A stretch of DNA of 64,000 nucleotides from Escherichia phage FL31. The position numbers and the translations under genes are program-made. Under the pieces are notes generated by a model. The model ran no database searches, was not told the DNA's origin, and worked only from the letters and a program-made list of their open reading frames with translations. Positions 1 to 13,119 of the stretch are shown piece by piece. The stretch is from sequence record PP400782; one strand, given 5' to 3'. The stretch's first letter is position 1; every line of letters starts with the position of its first letter.

Positions 1-732
1 GAAAAATACCGTCACGGCGTATTTGATATGCGCGGTTCTAATGTATTTGCTGTAACAAGAATTATAAGAACAAACGTTGGCTCTATTACTTCAATGGATG
101 GTAATGCAACTTATCCTTGGTTCACTGATTTCCTTTTAGGAATGGCAGGTGTTTCTGGTGGTATGGGTAGTAATTGTGGTAAATTCTACGGTCCGAACGC
201 TTTTGGTGCCGACCTCGGGTATTATTCTCAATTAGTATCTTATATGGGTATGCTTCAAGATATGATTGCTCCTCTTCCGGATTTTTGGTTTAACTCTGCA
301 AACGAGCAATTAAAAGTAATGGGTAACTTTAGACAGAAAGATGTCATTATCGTTGAATCGTATGTTCGCTCTTATATCGAGACCCATAAGATGGTAGGAA
401 ATACAGTAGGGTACGGTCAGGTCGGTCCTCGTGATTCATGGTCTATTTCTGAACGTTATGATAATCCAGACCATAATTTGGTAGGACGTCGAGTTGGTGA
501 AGATCCTGCAACCAAACAAGGCGCGTATAACAACCGCTGGGTTAAAGATTATGCAACTGCATTAGCTAAAGAGCTTAATGGACAAATTCTTGCTAAACAT
601 CAAGGTATGATGTTACCTGGTGGTGTCACTGTTGACGGTGTTCGATTAATTGAAGAAGCCCGTTTAGAGAAAGAAGCTTTACGAGAAGAGTTATATTTAC
701 TGGACCCTCCTGCAGGTATTTTGGTAGGTTAA
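1..732 (+). CDS. 13: neck protein gp13, 5'-truncated at window edge
   Basis: Frame 1 is open from nt 1 to TAA at 730-732; sits immediately upstream of gp14 as in T4. Only the C-terminal part is present. Confidence 0.7.
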   Translation, partial: EKYRHGVFDMRGSNVFAVTRIIRTNVGSITSMDGNATYPWFTDFLLGMAGVSGGMGSNCGKFYGPNAFGADLGYYSQLVSYMGMLQDMIAPLPDFWFNSANEQLKVMGNFRQKDVIIVESYVRSYIETHKMVGNTVGYGQVGPRDSWSISERYDNPDHNLVGRRVGEDPATKQGAYNNRWVKDYATALAKELNGQILAKHQGMMLPGGVTVDGVRLIEEARLEKEALREELYLLDPPAGILVG

Positions 733-733
733 T

Positions 734-1498
734 ATGGCAACTTATGATAAAAATCTTTTCGCCAAGCTAGAAAATCGTGGTGGGTATTCTCAGACAAATG
801 AGACCGAAATCCTCAATCCATTTGTCAATTTTAATAACTATGAGAATAGTCAGACATTAGCCGATGTTCTAGTGGCAGAAAGCATACAGATGCGCGGTAT
901 TGAGTGTTTTTATGTTCCACGTGAATATGTTGCCGTGGACCTTATCTTTGGTGAGGACCTTAAAAATAAATTTACTAAAGCATGGAAATTTGCTGCATAT
1001 CTGAACTCTTTTGAAGGTTATGAAGGAGCGAAATCGTTCTTCAGCAACTTCGGAATGCAAGTTCAAGACGAAGTTACATTATCTATTAACCCAGGTCTTT
1101 TCAAACACCAGGTCAACAATCAGGAGCCCAAGGAAGGTGATTTAATATACTTCCCAATGGACAACAGTTTGTTTGAGATTAACTGGGTTGAACCATATGA
1201 CCCATTCTATCAAGTAGGTAAAAATGCGATTCGTAAAATTACTGCAGGCAAGTTTATTTACTCTGGCGAAGAAATCAATCCGGTGCTTCAGAAAAATGAA
1301 GGTATCAATATACCTGAATTTAGTGACTTGGAACTTAACCCTGTTAGAAATCTTGACGGTATCCATGACATTAATATCGATGAATATTCTGAAGTTGAGC
1401 AAATCAATTCAGAGGCAAGTGAATACGTTGAACCGTACGTAGTAGTTAACAACCGTGGTAGACAAAATTCACCATTTGACGATGGGTTTATGAATTAA
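734..1498 (+). CDS. 14: neck protein gp14
   Basis: 254 aa (T4 gp14 about 256 aa); ATG 2 nt after gp13 stop; T4 gene order 13-14-15. Confidence 0.8.
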   Translation: MATYDKNLFAKLENRGGYSQTNETEILNPFVNFNNYENSQTLADVLVAESIQMRGIECFYVPREYVAVDLIFGEDLKNKFTKAWKFAAYLNSFEGYEGAKSFFSNFGMQVQDEVTLSINPGLFKHQVNNQEPKEGDLIYFPMDNSLFEINWVEPYDPFYQVGKNAIRKITAGKFIYSGEEINPVLQKNEGINIPEFSDLELNPVRNLDGIHDINIDEYSEVEQINSEASEYVEPYVVVNNRGRQNSPFDDGFMN

Positions 1499-1521
1499 TA
1501 AATAGATAAGATAAAGCAAAC

Positions 1522-1539
1522 ACCGGCCGAAAGGCCGGT
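1522..1539 (+). other. RNA stem-loop (GAAA tetraloop) in the gene 14-15 intercistronic region
   Basis: ACCGGCC-GAAA-GGCCGGU directly 5' of the gene 15 SD; no U-run. Confidence 0.5.
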
Positions 1540-1550
1540 TAGGAGAAATG

Positions 1551-2372
1551 ATGTTTGGCTATTTTTACAACTCGTCGTTCAGGCGATATATCACAATGAT
1601 GGGCGATTTGTTTTCAAATATCCAAGTTAACCGTCAATTGTCTACAGGCAATAAATTAATTAGAGTTCCTATTACGTATGCATCTAAAGAGCACTTTATG
1701 ATGAAACTTAATAAATGGACCTCTATAAACTCACAAGAAGATGTGGCTAAAGTCGAAACTATTCTACCACGTATAAATCTCCAAATGGTAGATTTCGTTT
1801 ATAACCCAACGTTTAAAACGAATATATTGAATAACTCTCTTTTGAGTAAATCGACTAAGGATATTGTAGACCAATACAACCCATCACCAATTAAAATGAT
1901 TTTTGAACTGAGCATCTTTACTCGTTATGAAGATGATATGTTCCAAATCGTTGAGCAAATTATTCCATATTTTCAGCCGCATTTTAATACGACTATGATT
2001 GAGCAATATGGGCAGGATATTCCATTTGAAAGGGATATTAAAGTCGTATGGATGGCAGCAGCAATGGATGAACAAATAGACGGTGATAATTTATCTCGTC
2101 GACGTTTAGAGTGGTCATTAACATTTGAAGTAAATGGATGGATGTATCCTCCGGTAGGCGCAGCAGAAGGCCTTATTAAAACGACTTATCTTGATTTTCA
2201 TGCTAATGAACGAGACCTTCAAACAGCCGCCCACGTTTTTGAATCAGTTGATACAGAAATTAAACCGAGAGACGTTGAAGCACAAGATTGGAATGGTGAA
2301 GTTGAACAAACTTATACTCATGATATTCCAATCCCGACTCCACCAACCCCTCCTGGTCCTAGAAAACAATAA
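1551..2372 (+). CDS. 15: tail sheath stabiliser / tail completion protein gp15
   Basis: Protein MFGYFYNSSFRRY... matches recalled T4 gp15 over its length. Second ATG chosen because AGGAGA lies 6 nt upstream; the ATG at 1548 is an alternative. Confidence 0.85.
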   Translation: MFGYFYNSSFRRYITMMGDLFSNIQVNRQLSTGNKLIRVPITYASKEHFMMKLNKWTSINSQEDVAKVETILPRINLQMVDFVYNPTFKTNILNNSLLSKSTKDIVDQYNPSPIKMIFELSIFTRYEDDMFQIVEQIIPYFQPHFNTTMIEQYGQDIPFERDIKVVWMAAAMDEQIDGDNLSRRRLEWSLTFEVNGWMYPPVGAAEGLIKTTYLDFHANERDLQTAAHVFESVDTEIKPRDVEAQDWNGEVEQTYTHDIPIPTPPTPPGPRKQ

Positions 2373-2381
2373 GAGGTAAAT

Positions 2382-4698
<2,317 letters not shown>

Positions 4699-4725
4699 AA
4701 ATAAAGCAAATTAAGAGGAATTAAA

Positions 4726-6708
4726 ATGGCACTTCTCTCTCCGGGCGTTGAGCTCAAAGAAACTACCGTACAGAGTACTGTAGTTAATAACTCCACTGGT
4801 ACTGCTGCCCTGGCTGGAAAATTCCAATGGGGACCTGCATTCCAGATTAAACAAATCACCGATGAGGTTGCGTTGGTTGATATGTTTGGTACTCCTAACA
4901 CAGACACCGCAGATTATTTCATGTCTGCTATGAACTTCCTTCAATATGGTAATGACCTTCGTGTTGTACGCGCAGTTGATCGTGATACTGCTAAGAACTC
5001 ATCTCCTGTGGCAGGAAACATTAATTTTACTATTTCTTCGGCTGGCACCAACTACAGAGTAGGTGATAAAGTTGTAGTTAAATATTCTACAGATATTATC
5101 GAACCAGACGGTGAAGTTACTTCAGTTGATTCTGACGGTAAAATTTTGAATATCTTTATTCCTTCAGGTAAAATTATCGCTAAAGCGAAAGAAATCGGCG
5201 AATATCCTGAATTAGGTTCAAACTGGACTGCCGAAATGTCTGGGTCTTCTTCTGGTCTGTCTGCAGTAATTACTATTGATTCCGTTGTAATGGATTCTGG
5301 TATTCTGTTGACTGAAGTTGAAACTTCAGAAGAAGCTATTACTTCTCTAACTTTCCAAGAATCTATTAAAAAATATGGTGTCCCGGGTGTAGTTGCTCTT
5401 TATCCTGGTGAACTTGGCGACCAGCTTGAAATCGAAATCGTATCTAAAGCAGACTATGACAAAGGTGCTTCAGCCCAGTTAAAAATTTATCCTGATGGTG
5501 GTACTCGTGCATCTACTGCTAAAGCAGTGTTTGGATATGGCCCACAAACTGATGACCAATACGCAATTATCGTTCGTCGTAACGATGCTGTAGTTCAGAG
5601 CGTAGTTCTTTCTACTAAACGCGGTGAACGAGATATTTATGGTAGTAATATCTTTATTGATGATTTCTTTGCTAAAGGCGCAAGCAATTATATTTTCGCT
5701 ACTGCACAAGGTTGGCCAAAAGGTTTCTCTGGTGTAATCAAACTGAATGGTGGCTTATCATCTAATGAAACGGTTGACGCTGGTGATTTAATGGAAGCTT
5801 GGGATTTGTTTGCTGACCGTGAATCTGTTAATGCGCAGTTGTTTATTGCCGGTTCTTGTGCAGGTGAATCTTTAGAAGTTGCTTCTACAGTTCAGAAACA
5901 TGTTGTAGCAATTGGTGATTCTCGTCAAGATTGCTTGGTTCTTTGCTCGCCTCCACGTGCAGCTGTAGTTGGTATTCCTGTTAATCGTGCAGTTGATAAT
6001 CTGGTTGATTGGCGTACAGCGTCAGGAACTTACACTGATAATAACTTTAATATAAGTTCTACTTATGCTGCTATTGACGGTAACTATAAATATCAATATG
6101 ACAAATATAATGACGTGAATCGTTGGGTTCCATTAGCTGCTGATATTGCTGGTCTTTGTGCTCGAACAGACAATATTTCTCAGCCTTGGATGTCTCCAGC
6201 CGGTTATAACCGTGGACAAATTCTTAACGTTATTAAGCTTGCAATTGAAACTCGTCAAGCACAACGAGATCGTTTGTATCAGGAAGCTATTAACCCTGTT
6301 ACTGGTACCGGTGGTGATGGGTATGTTCTGTACGGCGATAAAACTGCCACTTCTGTTCCTTCGCCATTTGACCGTATTAACGTTCGTCGTTTGTTCAATA
6401 TGGTTAAAACGAACATTGGTTCAGCATCTAAATATCGCCTGTTTGAATTGAACAACGCATTTACCCGTTCTTCTTTCCGTACAGAGACTTCTCAATATCT
6501 ACAGGGTATTAAAGCTCTTGGTGGTGTATATAACTTTAAAGTTGTTTGTGATACTACCAATAACACCCCAGCAGTTATCGACCGTAATGAATTTGTAGCT
6601 ACTTTCTACTTACAACCTGCCCGCTCGATAAATTATATTACGTTGAACTTTGTAGCAACAGCAACTGGTGCTGATTTCGACGAACTGATTGGTGCTGTAG
6701 GTGGTTAA
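4726..6708 (+). CDS. 18: contractile tail sheath protein gp18
   Basis: 660 aa, MALLSPGVELKETTVQSTVVNNSTGTAALAGKFQWGPAFQIKQ... matches recalled T4 gp18; TATAAATA 28 nt upstream. Confidence 0.95.
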   Translation: MALLSPGVELKETTVQSTVVNNSTGTAALAGKFQWGPAFQIKQITDEVALVDMFGTPNTDTADYFMSAMNFLQYGNDLRVVRAVDRDTAKNSSPVAGNINFTISSAGTNYRVGDKVVVKYSTDIIEPDGEVTSVDSDGKILNIFIPSGKIIAKAKEIGEYPELGSNWTAEMSGSSSGLSAVITIDSVVMDSGILLTEVETSEEAITSLTFQESIKKYGVPGVVALYPGELGDQLEIEIVSKADYDKGASAQLKIYPDGGTRASTAKAVFGYGPQTDDQYAIIVRRNDAVVQSVVLSTKRGERDIYGSNIFIDDFFAKGASNYIFATAQGWPKGFSGVIKLNGGLSSNETVDAGDLMEAWDLFADRESVNAQLFIAGSCAGESLEVASTVQKHVVAIGDSRQDCLVLCSPPRAAVVGIPVNRAVDNLVDWRTASGTYTDNNFNISSTYAAIDGNYKYQYDKYNDVNRWVPLAADIAGLCARTDNISQPWMSPAGYNRGQILNVIKLAIETRQAQRDRLYQEAINPVTGTGGDGYVLYGDKTATSVPSPFDRINVRRLFNMVKTNIGSASKYRLFELNNAFTRSSFRTETSQYLQGIKALGGVYNFKVVCDTTNNTPAVIDRNEFVATFYLQPARSINYITLNFVATATGADFDELIGAVGG

Positions 6709-6720
6709 TAAGACGCCTGA

Positions 6721-6740
6721 TGGGCTATTTCGGTAGCCCA
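6721..6740 (+). other. RNA stem-loop after gene 18
   Basis: UGGGCUA-UUUCGG-UAGCCCA immediately 5' of the gene 19 late promoter; a second AUGGGC...GCCCAU pair at 6775-6802. Confidence 0.45.
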
Positions 6741-6748
6741 TATAAATA
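6741..6748 (+). promoter_or_regulatory. late promoter for gene 19
   Basis: Exact TATAAATA in the 18-19 intergenic region, immediately 3' of a hairpin. Confidence 0.7.
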
Positions 6749-6820
6749 TACTATATCGTTTAAAAATTAATTCTATGGGCCTCCGGTTAATCCTAAGCCC
6801 ATATTACTACAGAGGCTAAT

Positions 6821-7312
6821 ATGTTTGTAGATGACGTAACTCGCGCCTTCGAATCTGGTGATTTCGCTCGCCCTAACCTGTTCGAAGTAGAAATCTCTTA
6901 TCTTGGGCAAAACTTTAGCTTCCAGTGTCGTGCTACGGCTCTTCCTGCTGCGATCGTTGAAAAGGTTCCTGTTTCTTATATGAACCGTAAAATTAACGTG
7001 GCCGGTGATCGTACATTCGATGATTGGACTATTACAGTAATGAACGATGATGCTCATAGCATTCGTCAGAAATTTGTTGATTGGCAAGGTATTGCTGCTG
7101 GTCAAGGAAATGAAATTACTGGTGGTAAACCTGCTGAATATAAAAAGTCTGCTATCGTTCGTCAATTTGCCCGTGATGCTAAAACGGTCACTAAAGAAGT
7201 TGAAATTGTCGGCTTGTGGCCTACTAACGTTGGCGAAGTATCTCTTGACTGGGACAGCAATAACGAGATTGAAACGTTCGAAGTAACTCTTGCTCTTGAT
7301 TGGTGGGAATAA
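6821..7312 (+). CDS. 19: tail tube protein gp19
   Basis: 163 aa, the same length as T4 gp19; follows gene 18; own TATAAATA late promoter. Confidence 0.9.
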   Translation: MFVDDVTRAFESGDFARPNLFEVEISYLGQNFSFQCRATALPAAIVEKVPVSYMNRKINVAGDRTFDDWTITVMNDDAHSIRQKFVDWQGIAAGQGNEITGGKPAEYKKSAIVRQFARDAKTVTKEVEIVGLWPTNVGEVSLDWDSNNEIETFEVTLALDWWE

Positions 7313-7318
7313 TCTGGT

Positions 7319-7334
7319 TGGGGAGAAATCCCCA
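7319..7334 (+). other. RNA stem-loop (GAAA tetraloop) after gene 19
   Basis: UGGGGA-GAAA-UCCCCA 7 nt after the gp19 stop. Confidence 0.45.
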
Positions 7335-7360
7335 GCTTCCCGTGATGACGGAGAAGTCCA

Positions 7361-7368
7361 TATAAATA
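7361..7368 (+). promoter_or_regulatory. late promoter for gene 20
   Basis: Exact TATAAATA 29 nt upstream of the gene 20 ATG. Confidence 0.7.
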
Positions 7369-7396
7369 TAACTATAATTCCCATTCGGAGAATACA

Positions 7397-8968
7397 ATGA
7401 AATTTAATATCTTAAGTTTGTTTGCTCCATGGGCAAAAATGGACGAACGTGATTACAAAGACCAAGAAAAAGAAAATTTAGAATCTATCACCGCACCAAA
7501 ATTGGACGACGGCGCTAAAGAATACGAAGTATCTGAAAATGAAGCACAGCAAACATATAATGCTATGTTTCAGAGAATGTTCGGTAGTCAAGAACCAGGG
7601 CTCAAATCAACCCGTGAATTAATCGATACGTATCGAAATTTGATGACGAACTATGAAGTGGATAATGCAGTCTCTGAAATAGTTTCTGATGCTATCGTAT
7701 ATGAAGATGATACAGAAGTCGTTTCTATAAATTTAGACAACACAAAATTTAGTCCAAATATCAAATCAATGATGTTGGATGAATTTAACGAAGTGTTAAA
7801 TCATTTATCTTTCCAACGTAAAGGTTCAGATCATTTTAGACGTTGGTATGTGGATTCTCGAATTTTCTTCCATAAAATTATTGACCCTAAACGCCCTAAA
7901 GAAGGTATTAAAGAGCTTCGTCGTTTAGACCCACGTCAAGTTCAATATGTCCGTGAAGTTATTACAACCACTGAAGCCGGTGTTAAAATAGTCAAGGGTT
8001 ATAAAGAATATTTCATTTATGACACATCACACGAATCTTATGCTTGTGATGGTCGCATATATGAAGCTGGCACAAAAATAAAAATCCCTAAAGCCGCGAT
8101 TGTTTATGCCCATTCTGGTTTAGTTGATTGTTGTGGTAAAAATATCATTGGTTATTTGCATCGGGCTATTAAGCCGGCGAACCAATTAAAACTTCTTGAA
8201 GATGCCGTCGTAATTTATCGTATTACTCGTGCTCCTGATCGTCGTGTATGGTATGTTGATACAGGTAATATGCCTTCAAGAAAAGCAGCCGAACATATGC
8301 AACATGTTATGAATACGATGAAAAACCGTATTGCATATGATGCTACTACAGGCAAGATTAAAAACCAGCAGCATATTATGTCGATGACCGAAGATTATTG
8401 GTTACAACGACGTGATGGTAAAGCAGTAACAGAAGTTGACACATTACCAGGTGCAGATAATACTGGAAATATGGAAGATGTACGTTGGTTCCGTAATGCG
8501 CTTTATATGGCTTTACGTATTCCTATTACCCGTATTCCAAGTGACCAAGGTGGTATACAGTTTGATGCTGGTACTTCTATTACACGAGATGAATTGACAT
8601 TTGGTAAATTTATTCGTGAGCTGCAACATAAATTTGAAGAGATATTTCTAGACCCGCTTAAAACTAATTTAATTCTTAAAGGAATTATTACAGAAGATGA
8701 GTGGAATGATGAAATAAATAATATTAAGATAAAATTTCATCGGGATAGTTATTTCTCGGAATTAAAGGATGCTGAGATTCTGGAGCGTCGCATTAATATG
8801 CTTCAGATGGCCGAACCATTTATTGGTAAATATATTTCTCACAGAACAGCTATGAAAGATATTCTTCAGATGTCTGACGAGGAAATTGAACAAGAGGCTA
8901 AGCAAATTGAAGAAGAGTCGAAAGAGGCTCGTTTCCAAGACCCCGACCAAGAACAAGAGGATTTTTAA
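7397..8968 (+). CDS. 20: portal vertex protein gp20
   Basis: 523 aa, [18 protein letters not shown]... near-identical to recalled T4 gp20. Confidence 0.95.
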   Translation: MKFNILSLFAPWAKMDERDYKDQEKENLESITAPKLDDGAKEYEVSENEAQQTYNAMFQRMFGSQEPGLKSTRELIDTYRNLMTNYEVDNAVSEIVSDAIVYEDDTEVVSINLDNTKFSPNIKSMMLDEFNEVLNHLSFQRKGSDHFRRWYVDSRIFFHKIIDPKRPKEGIKELRRLDPRQVQYVREVITTTEAGVKIVKGYKEYFIYDTSHESYACDGRIYEAGTKIKIPKAAIVYAHSGLVDCCGKNIIGYLHRAIKPANQLKLLEDAVVIYRITRAPDRRVWYVDTGNMPSRKAAEHMQHVMNTMKNRIAYDATTGKIKNQQHIMSMTEDYWLQRRDGKAVTEVDTLPGADNTGNMEDVRWFRNALYMALRIPITRIPSDQGGIQFDAGTSITRDELTFGKFIRELQHKFEEIFLDPLKTNLILKGIITEDEWNDEINNIKIKFHRDSYFSELKDAEILERRINMLQMAEPFIGKYISHRTAMKDILQMSDEEIEQEAKQIEEESKEARFQDPDQEQEDF

Positions 8969-9198
8969 TGGACGATTTAATTCAAGCTATTAAATCAAAC
9001 GACCTCGTTGCTACTCGAAAGTTTTTTGAAAGTGCAATGGCAGAAAAAACGGTTCGTTTGATTGAAGCACGCAAAGCAGAAATCGCTTCTCAATTTTTGA
9101 TTGAAGGCGAAGAACCCGAAGAAGAAGAGAAAGCTTCGGAAGACGACGCTGATGAAGGCGATGACGACGAAGACGAAGATGATGAGGACGATGAATAA
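8968..9198 (+). CDS. 67: prohead core protein gp67
   Basis: 76 aa with a poly-Asp/Glu C-terminal tail; ATGA overlap with the gene 20 stop; T4 position. Confidence 0.75.
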   Translation: MDDLIQAIKSNDLVATRKFFESAMAEKTVRLIEARKAEIASQFLIEGEEPEEEEKASEDDADEGDDDEDEDDEDDE

Positions 9199-9623
9199 TG
9201 TATCTTATCCCTGAATCTTATGAATTGGTACTCGAAAATGTCGAAGCACTTATTCCTGAAGCACAGGGCCGAATCGATGCATTGTCTTCTGCTCTCGATA
9301 TTGACGATATAAATACTATTATCGAGAACATGCTTGAAACTGAAACGGATTTAGCTGTTGCAATGGCTTCCATTATTAATGAAGAACAGTTAAATGAGTT
9401 TATCGTTAAACATGTTTCTTCTCGTGGTGAAGTCACTCGCACTAAAGACCGTAAAACTCGTGAACGTAACGCGTTCCAAACAACTGGTCTTTCTAAAGCA
9501 AAACGTAGACAAATCGCTCGTAAGGTCGTTAAAGCTAAAAAAGCTAACCCTTCAGGCCAAGTTAAAGGCTTGCGTAAGCGTAAAAAAGCTCTTAAACGTC
9601 GTAAAGCATTAGGATTAAGCTAA
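9198..9623 (+). CDS. 68: prohead core protein gp68
   Basis: 141 aa (T4 gp68 is 141 aa); basic C-terminus; start overlaps the gp67 stop. Confidence 0.75.
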   Translation: MYLIPESYELVLENVEALIPEAQGRIDALSSALDIDDINTIIENMLETETDLAVAMASIINEEQLNEFIVKHVSSRGEVTRTKDRKTRERNAFQTTGLSKAKRRQIARKVVKAKKANPSGQVKGLRKRKKALKRRKALGLS

Positions 9624-10264
9624 TGAATAAACCCGAGTTACTTATTGAAACTTGGGGTCAACCCGGTGAGATTATTGATGGCGTTCCAATGTTGGAATCT
9701 CATGATGGAAAAGATTCTGGCTTAAAACCAGGGCTTTATATAGAAGGTATTTTTCTTCAGGCAGAGGTTGTTAACCGAAATAAACGTTTATATCCTAAAC
9801 GCGTTTTGGAAAAAGCAGTAAGTGACTATATTAAAGAACAAGTCGAAACCAAACAAGCCCTTGGAGAATTAAACCATCCACCTCGTGCAAATGTTGACCC
9901 CATGCAAGCCGCTATCATTATTGAAGATATGTGGTGGAAAGGAAACGATGTATATGGACGTGCTAGAATTATTGAAGGCGACCATGGTCCCGGTGATAAA
10001 TTAGCTGCTAATATACGAGCTGGTTGGATTCCAGGTGTTTCCTCTCGTGGTCTTGGTTCTTTAACCGACACCAATAAAGGGTACCGTATCGTGAACGAAG
10101 GATTTAAATTAACCGTCGGCGTAGATGCCGTATGGGGACCTTCTGCTCCAGATGCTTGGGTTACTCCTAAACAAATATCAGAATCAGAAAATTCGGTGGA
10201 AATCACCAAAAACAGTGCTGATGAAGCATTTAAAGCTCTCGCAGAGAGTTTAAAAGCATTATAA
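9623..10264 (+). CDS. 21: prohead core scaffold protease gp21
   Basis: 213 aa (T4 gp21 about 212 aa); position between 68 and 22; start overlaps the gp68 stop. Confidence 0.85.
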   Translation: MNKPELLIETWGQPGEIIDGVPMLESHDGKDSGLKPGLYIEGIFLQAEVVNRNKRLYPKRVLEKAVSDYIKEQVETKQALGELNHPPRANVDPMQAAIIIEDMWWKGNDVYGRARIIEGDHGPGDKLAANIRAGWIPGVSSRGLGSLTDTNKGYRIVNEGFKLTVGVDAVWGPSAPDAWVTPKQISESENSVEITKNSADEAFKALAESLKAL

Positions 10265-10267
10265 ATA
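10260..10267 (+). promoter_or_regulatory. late promoter for gene 22
   Basis: Exact TATAAATA overlapping the gp21 stop, 31 nt upstream of the gene 22 ATG. Confidence 0.7.
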
Positions 10268-10297
10268 ATAATGTAATCTAAACCACAGGACACTAAA

Positions 10298-11110
10298 ATG
10301 ATCAAAGAACAACTTTTGAAAGAAGCTCAGAATATCGAGACTTCAGTTGCTCTTAATAGTGTTTTCGAATCAGTAGAACTGTCTCCGGACGTTAAAGCTA
10401 ATTTCAGCACTGTATTCGAAGCCACCGTTAAGCAGGAAGCAGTCAAACTAGCTGAATCTCATATCAAAGCTATCGCCGAAAAAGCCGAAGAAGAAGTTGA
10501 AAAGGCTAAAGAAGATGCTGAAGAGAAAGCTGATAAAAAATTGGCTGAACAAGCTTCTAAATTCCTGGACCATCTTGCAAAAGAATGGCTCGCAGAAAAC
10601 CAAATCGCAGTTGATAAAGGCATTAAAGCTGATTTGTTCGAATCCATGCTTGGTGGTCTGAAAGAACTGTTTGTTGAACATAACGTTGTTGTTCCAGAAG
10701 AATCTGTAGATGTTGTAGCAGAAATGGAAGAAGAGCTGGCCGAACATAAAGAAGAAACCGCTCGTTTGTTCGAAGAAGTTACCAAACGTGATGCATATAT
10801 CAATTACGTTCAGCGTGAAACCGCTATTAATGAAAGCGTGAAAGACCTGACTGAATCTCAGAAAGAAAAAGTTATTGGCCTGGTTGAAGGTATGGATTAT
10901 TCTGACGCATTTGGTACTAAGTTAACTGCTATTGTAGAAATGGTTAAAGGTTCTACTAAAGAAGAAGCCGCTATTACCGAAAGTATAAATACAGTTGACA
11001 ATGACGCTGCCGGTCTTAATTTTGTTGCCGAAGCAGTTGACACTACCACAACTCAGGTAGAACAGAATTCTAATGTAAGTTTATATGCGAAAGTCGCATC
11101 TCGTTTCTAA
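10298..11110 (+). CDS. 22: prohead scaffolding core protein gp22
   Basis: 270 aa, highly acidic and helical (Glu/Lys/Ala-rich); TATAAATA at 10260-10267; T4 position. Confidence 0.85.
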   Translation: MIKEQLLKEAQNIETSVALNSVFESVELSPDVKANFSTVFEATVKQEAVKLAESHIKAIAEKAEEEVEKAKEDAEEKADKKLAEQASKFLDHLAKEWLAENQIAVDKGIKADLFESMLGGLKELFVEHNVVVPEESVDVVAEMEEELAEHKEETARLFEEVTKRDAYINYVQRETAINESVKDLTESQKEKVIGLVEGMDYSDAFGTKLTAIVEMVKGSTKEEAAITESINTVDNDAAGLNFVAEAVDTTTTQVEQNSNVSLYAKVASRF

Positions 11111-11127
11111 TTTAAAGGTTAACACAA

Positions 11128-12696
11128 ATGACTACTATCAAAACTAAAGCTCAGCTCGTAGACAAATGGAAAGAACTGCTGGAAGGTGAAGGCCTGCCGG
11201 AAATCGCTAATAGCAAGCAGGCTATTATCGCTAAAATCTTCGAAAACCAGGAAAAAGATTTCGAAGTATCCCCTGAATATAAAGACGAGAAAATCGCTCA
11301 GGCATTTGGTTCTTTCTTGACCGAAGCTGAAATTGGTGGTGACCATGGTTATAATGCTCAGAACATCGCAGCAGGTCAAACCTCTGGTGCAGTAACCCAA
11401 ATTGGGCCGGCAGTTATGGGTATGGTTCGTCGTGCTATTCCTAATCTGATCGCTTTTGATATTTGTGGTGTTCAGCCTATGAACAGCCCGACCGGACAGG
11501 TATTTGCTCTCCGTGCAGTATATGGTAAAGACCCTATCGCTGCTGGCGCTAAAGAAGCTTTCCATCCGATGTATGCCCCAGACGCGATGTTCTCTGGTCA
11601 GGGTGCTGCTAAGAAATTCCCAGCTCTGGCTGCTGACACTACTACTGTTGTAGGTGATATCTATACTCACTTCTTCCAAGAAACTGGTACTGTATATCTG
11701 CAAGCTTCTGCTGTCGTAACACTTGATTCTGGTGCAACTGATGCAGCTAAATTAGATGCAGAAGTTAAGAAACAAATGGAAGCTGGTGCACTGGTAGAAA
11801 TCGCTGAAGGTATGGCTACTTCTATCGCTGAACTCCAGGAAGGTTTCAACGGTTCTACCGATAACCCATGGAATGAAATGGGCTTCCGTATCGATAAACA
11901 AGTTATCGAAGCTAAATCTCGCCAGCTGAAAGCTGCTTACTCTATCGAATTAGCACAAGACCTCCGTGCAGTACACGGTATGGATGCTGATGCTGAACTG
12001 AGCGGTATTCTGGCTACAGAAATTATGCTAGAAATCAACCGTGAAGTTGTTGATTGGATTAACTACTCAGCACAGGTCGGTAAATCTGGTATGACCCTGA
12101 CTCCTGGTTCTAAAGCTGGTGTATTTGACTTCCAGGACCCGATTGATATCCGTGGTGCTCGTTGGGCCGGTGAAAGCTTTAAATCTCTGTTGTTCCAGAT
12201 TGATAAAGAAGCAGTTGAAATTGCTCGTCAAACCGGGCGTGGTGAAGGTAACTTCATTATCGCTTCCCGTAACGTAGTTAACGTACTGGCTTCAGTTGAT
12301 ACTGGTATTTCTTACGCTGCACAGGGCCTGGCTTCTGGTTTTAATACCGACACTACTAAGTCTGTATTTGCCGGTGTACTTGGTGGTAAATACCGCGTAT
12401 ACATTGACCAGTATGCTAAACAGGATTACTTCACCGTTGGTTACAAAGGCGCTAACGAAATGGATGCAGGTATTTACTATGCTCCTTACGTTGCACTTAC
12501 CCCACTGCGTGGTTCCGATCCTAAGAACTTCCAGCCGGTAATGGGCTTTAAAACTCGTTACGGTATCGGTGTTAACCCGTTTGCTGAAAGTTCCCTGCAG
12601 GCTCCAGGTGCTCGCATCCAGTCCGGTATGCCGTCTATCCTGAACAGCCTTGGTAAGAACGCTTACTTCCGCCGTGTATATGTAAAAGGCATCTAA
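11128..12696 (+). CDS. 23: major capsid protein gp23
   Basis: 522 aa (T4 gp23 521 aa); strong SD; codon usage of a highly expressed gene; C(UUCG)G terminator directly downstream. Confidence 0.95.
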   Translation: MTTIKTKAQLVDKWKELLEGEGLPEIANSKQAIIAKIFENQEKDFEVSPEYKDEKIAQAFGSFLTEAEIGGDHGYNAQNIAAGQTSGAVTQIGPAVMGMVRRAIPNLIAFDICGVQPMNSPTGQVFALRAVYGKDPIAAGAKEAFHPMYAPDAMFSGQGAAKKFPALAADTTTVVGDIYTHFFQETGTVYLQASAVVTLDSGATDAAKLDAEVKKQMEAGALVEIAEGMATSIAELQEGFNGSTDNPWNEMGFRIDKQVIEAKSRQLKAAYSIELAQDLRAVHGMDADAELSGILATEIMLEINREVVDWINYSAQVGKSGMTLTPGSKAGVFDFQDPIDIRGARWAGESFKSLLFQIDKEAVEIARQTGRGEGNFIIASRNVVNVLASVDTGISYAAQGLASGFNTDTTKSVFAGVLGGKYRVYIDQYAKQDYFTVGYKGANEMDAGIYYAPYVALTPLRGSDPKNFQPVMGFKTRYGIGVNPFAESSLQAPGARIQSGMPSILNSLGKNAYFRRVYVKGI

Positions 12697-12719
12697 TCTT
12701 AATTGATTAAATCTTATTT

Positions 12720-12751
12720 TGGGAGACTTCGGTCTCCCATTTTTGGTTTTA
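12720..12751 (+). terminator. intrinsic terminator after gene 23
   Basis: UGGGAGAC-UUCG-GUCUCCCA hairpin followed by UUUUUGGUUUUA. Confidence 0.75.
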
Positions 12752-13018
12752 TTTCTGTGCAATTTCGATGTAAGTTTTCAAAATATTTTGCCAATTAGGC
12801 ATACCTTCTTGGACATATGCCGGAGAACCATCTTTGTTTTTGAATGATGCAAGTTTATCAGTGGCCCAATAACCTTTAGCTCGAGCTTCAGAATCAACTT
12901 TCATCCATACTTTGTTGAAGGCATTACCATTAACTTTTGCACCGTATTTTTCTACTAACTTAACTGCTTCAGCTTCCAGAACTTTTAAAGTATCTCGTAA
13001 GAAACGTGCTTTAGTCAT
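12749..13018 (-). CDS. hypothetical early protein (89 aa) lying antisense between late genes 23 and 24
   Basis: ATG start with GAGGAG SD; its own early-type promoter at 13049-13078; no recognisable motif. Confidence 0.5.
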   Translation of the reverse strand: MTKARFLRDTLKVLEAEAVKLVEKYGAKVNGNAFNKVWMKVDSEARAKGYWATDKLASFKNKDGSPAYVQEGMPNWQNILKTYIEIAQK

Positions 13019-13048
13019 TTTGTTTACTCCTCTGTAGTTGATAAGTCT

Positions 13049-13078
13049 ATAGTATCACATACTAAATACGTTGTAAAC
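13049..13078 (-). promoter_or_regulatory. early (sigma-70 type) promoter for the 89-aa ORF
   Basis: Minus strand GTTTAC, 18-nt spacer, TGTGA-TACTAT-AGAC; about 30 nt upstream of the ATG. Confidence 0.6.
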
Positions 13079-13084
13079 AATCTT

Positions 13085-13092
13085 TATAAATA
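13085..13092 (+). promoter_or_regulatory. late promoter for gene 24
   Basis: Exact TATAAATA 28 nt upstream of the gene 24 ATG. Confidence 0.7.
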
Positions 13093-13119
13093 ATCTATAT
13101 CACATAAGGAAAAAATGCA

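Noticed and set aside
6773-7384. 203-aa minus-strand ORF antisense to gene 19, and similar long antisense ORFs (11119..11703, 12292..12762, 9826..10305, 10459..10803, 51474..51953, 62268..62961)
   Set aside because: Each lies entirely inside a well-supported gene on the opposite strand, lacks an SD or promoter, and has low-complexity or odd composition; these are shadow ORFs.
13022-13053. Plus-strand GTTTAC ... TATAGT that could be read as an early promoter toward gene 24
   Set aside because: The spacer is about 20 nt, and gene 24 already has an exact late promoter; it is the mirror of the genuine minus-strand promoter in the same interval.
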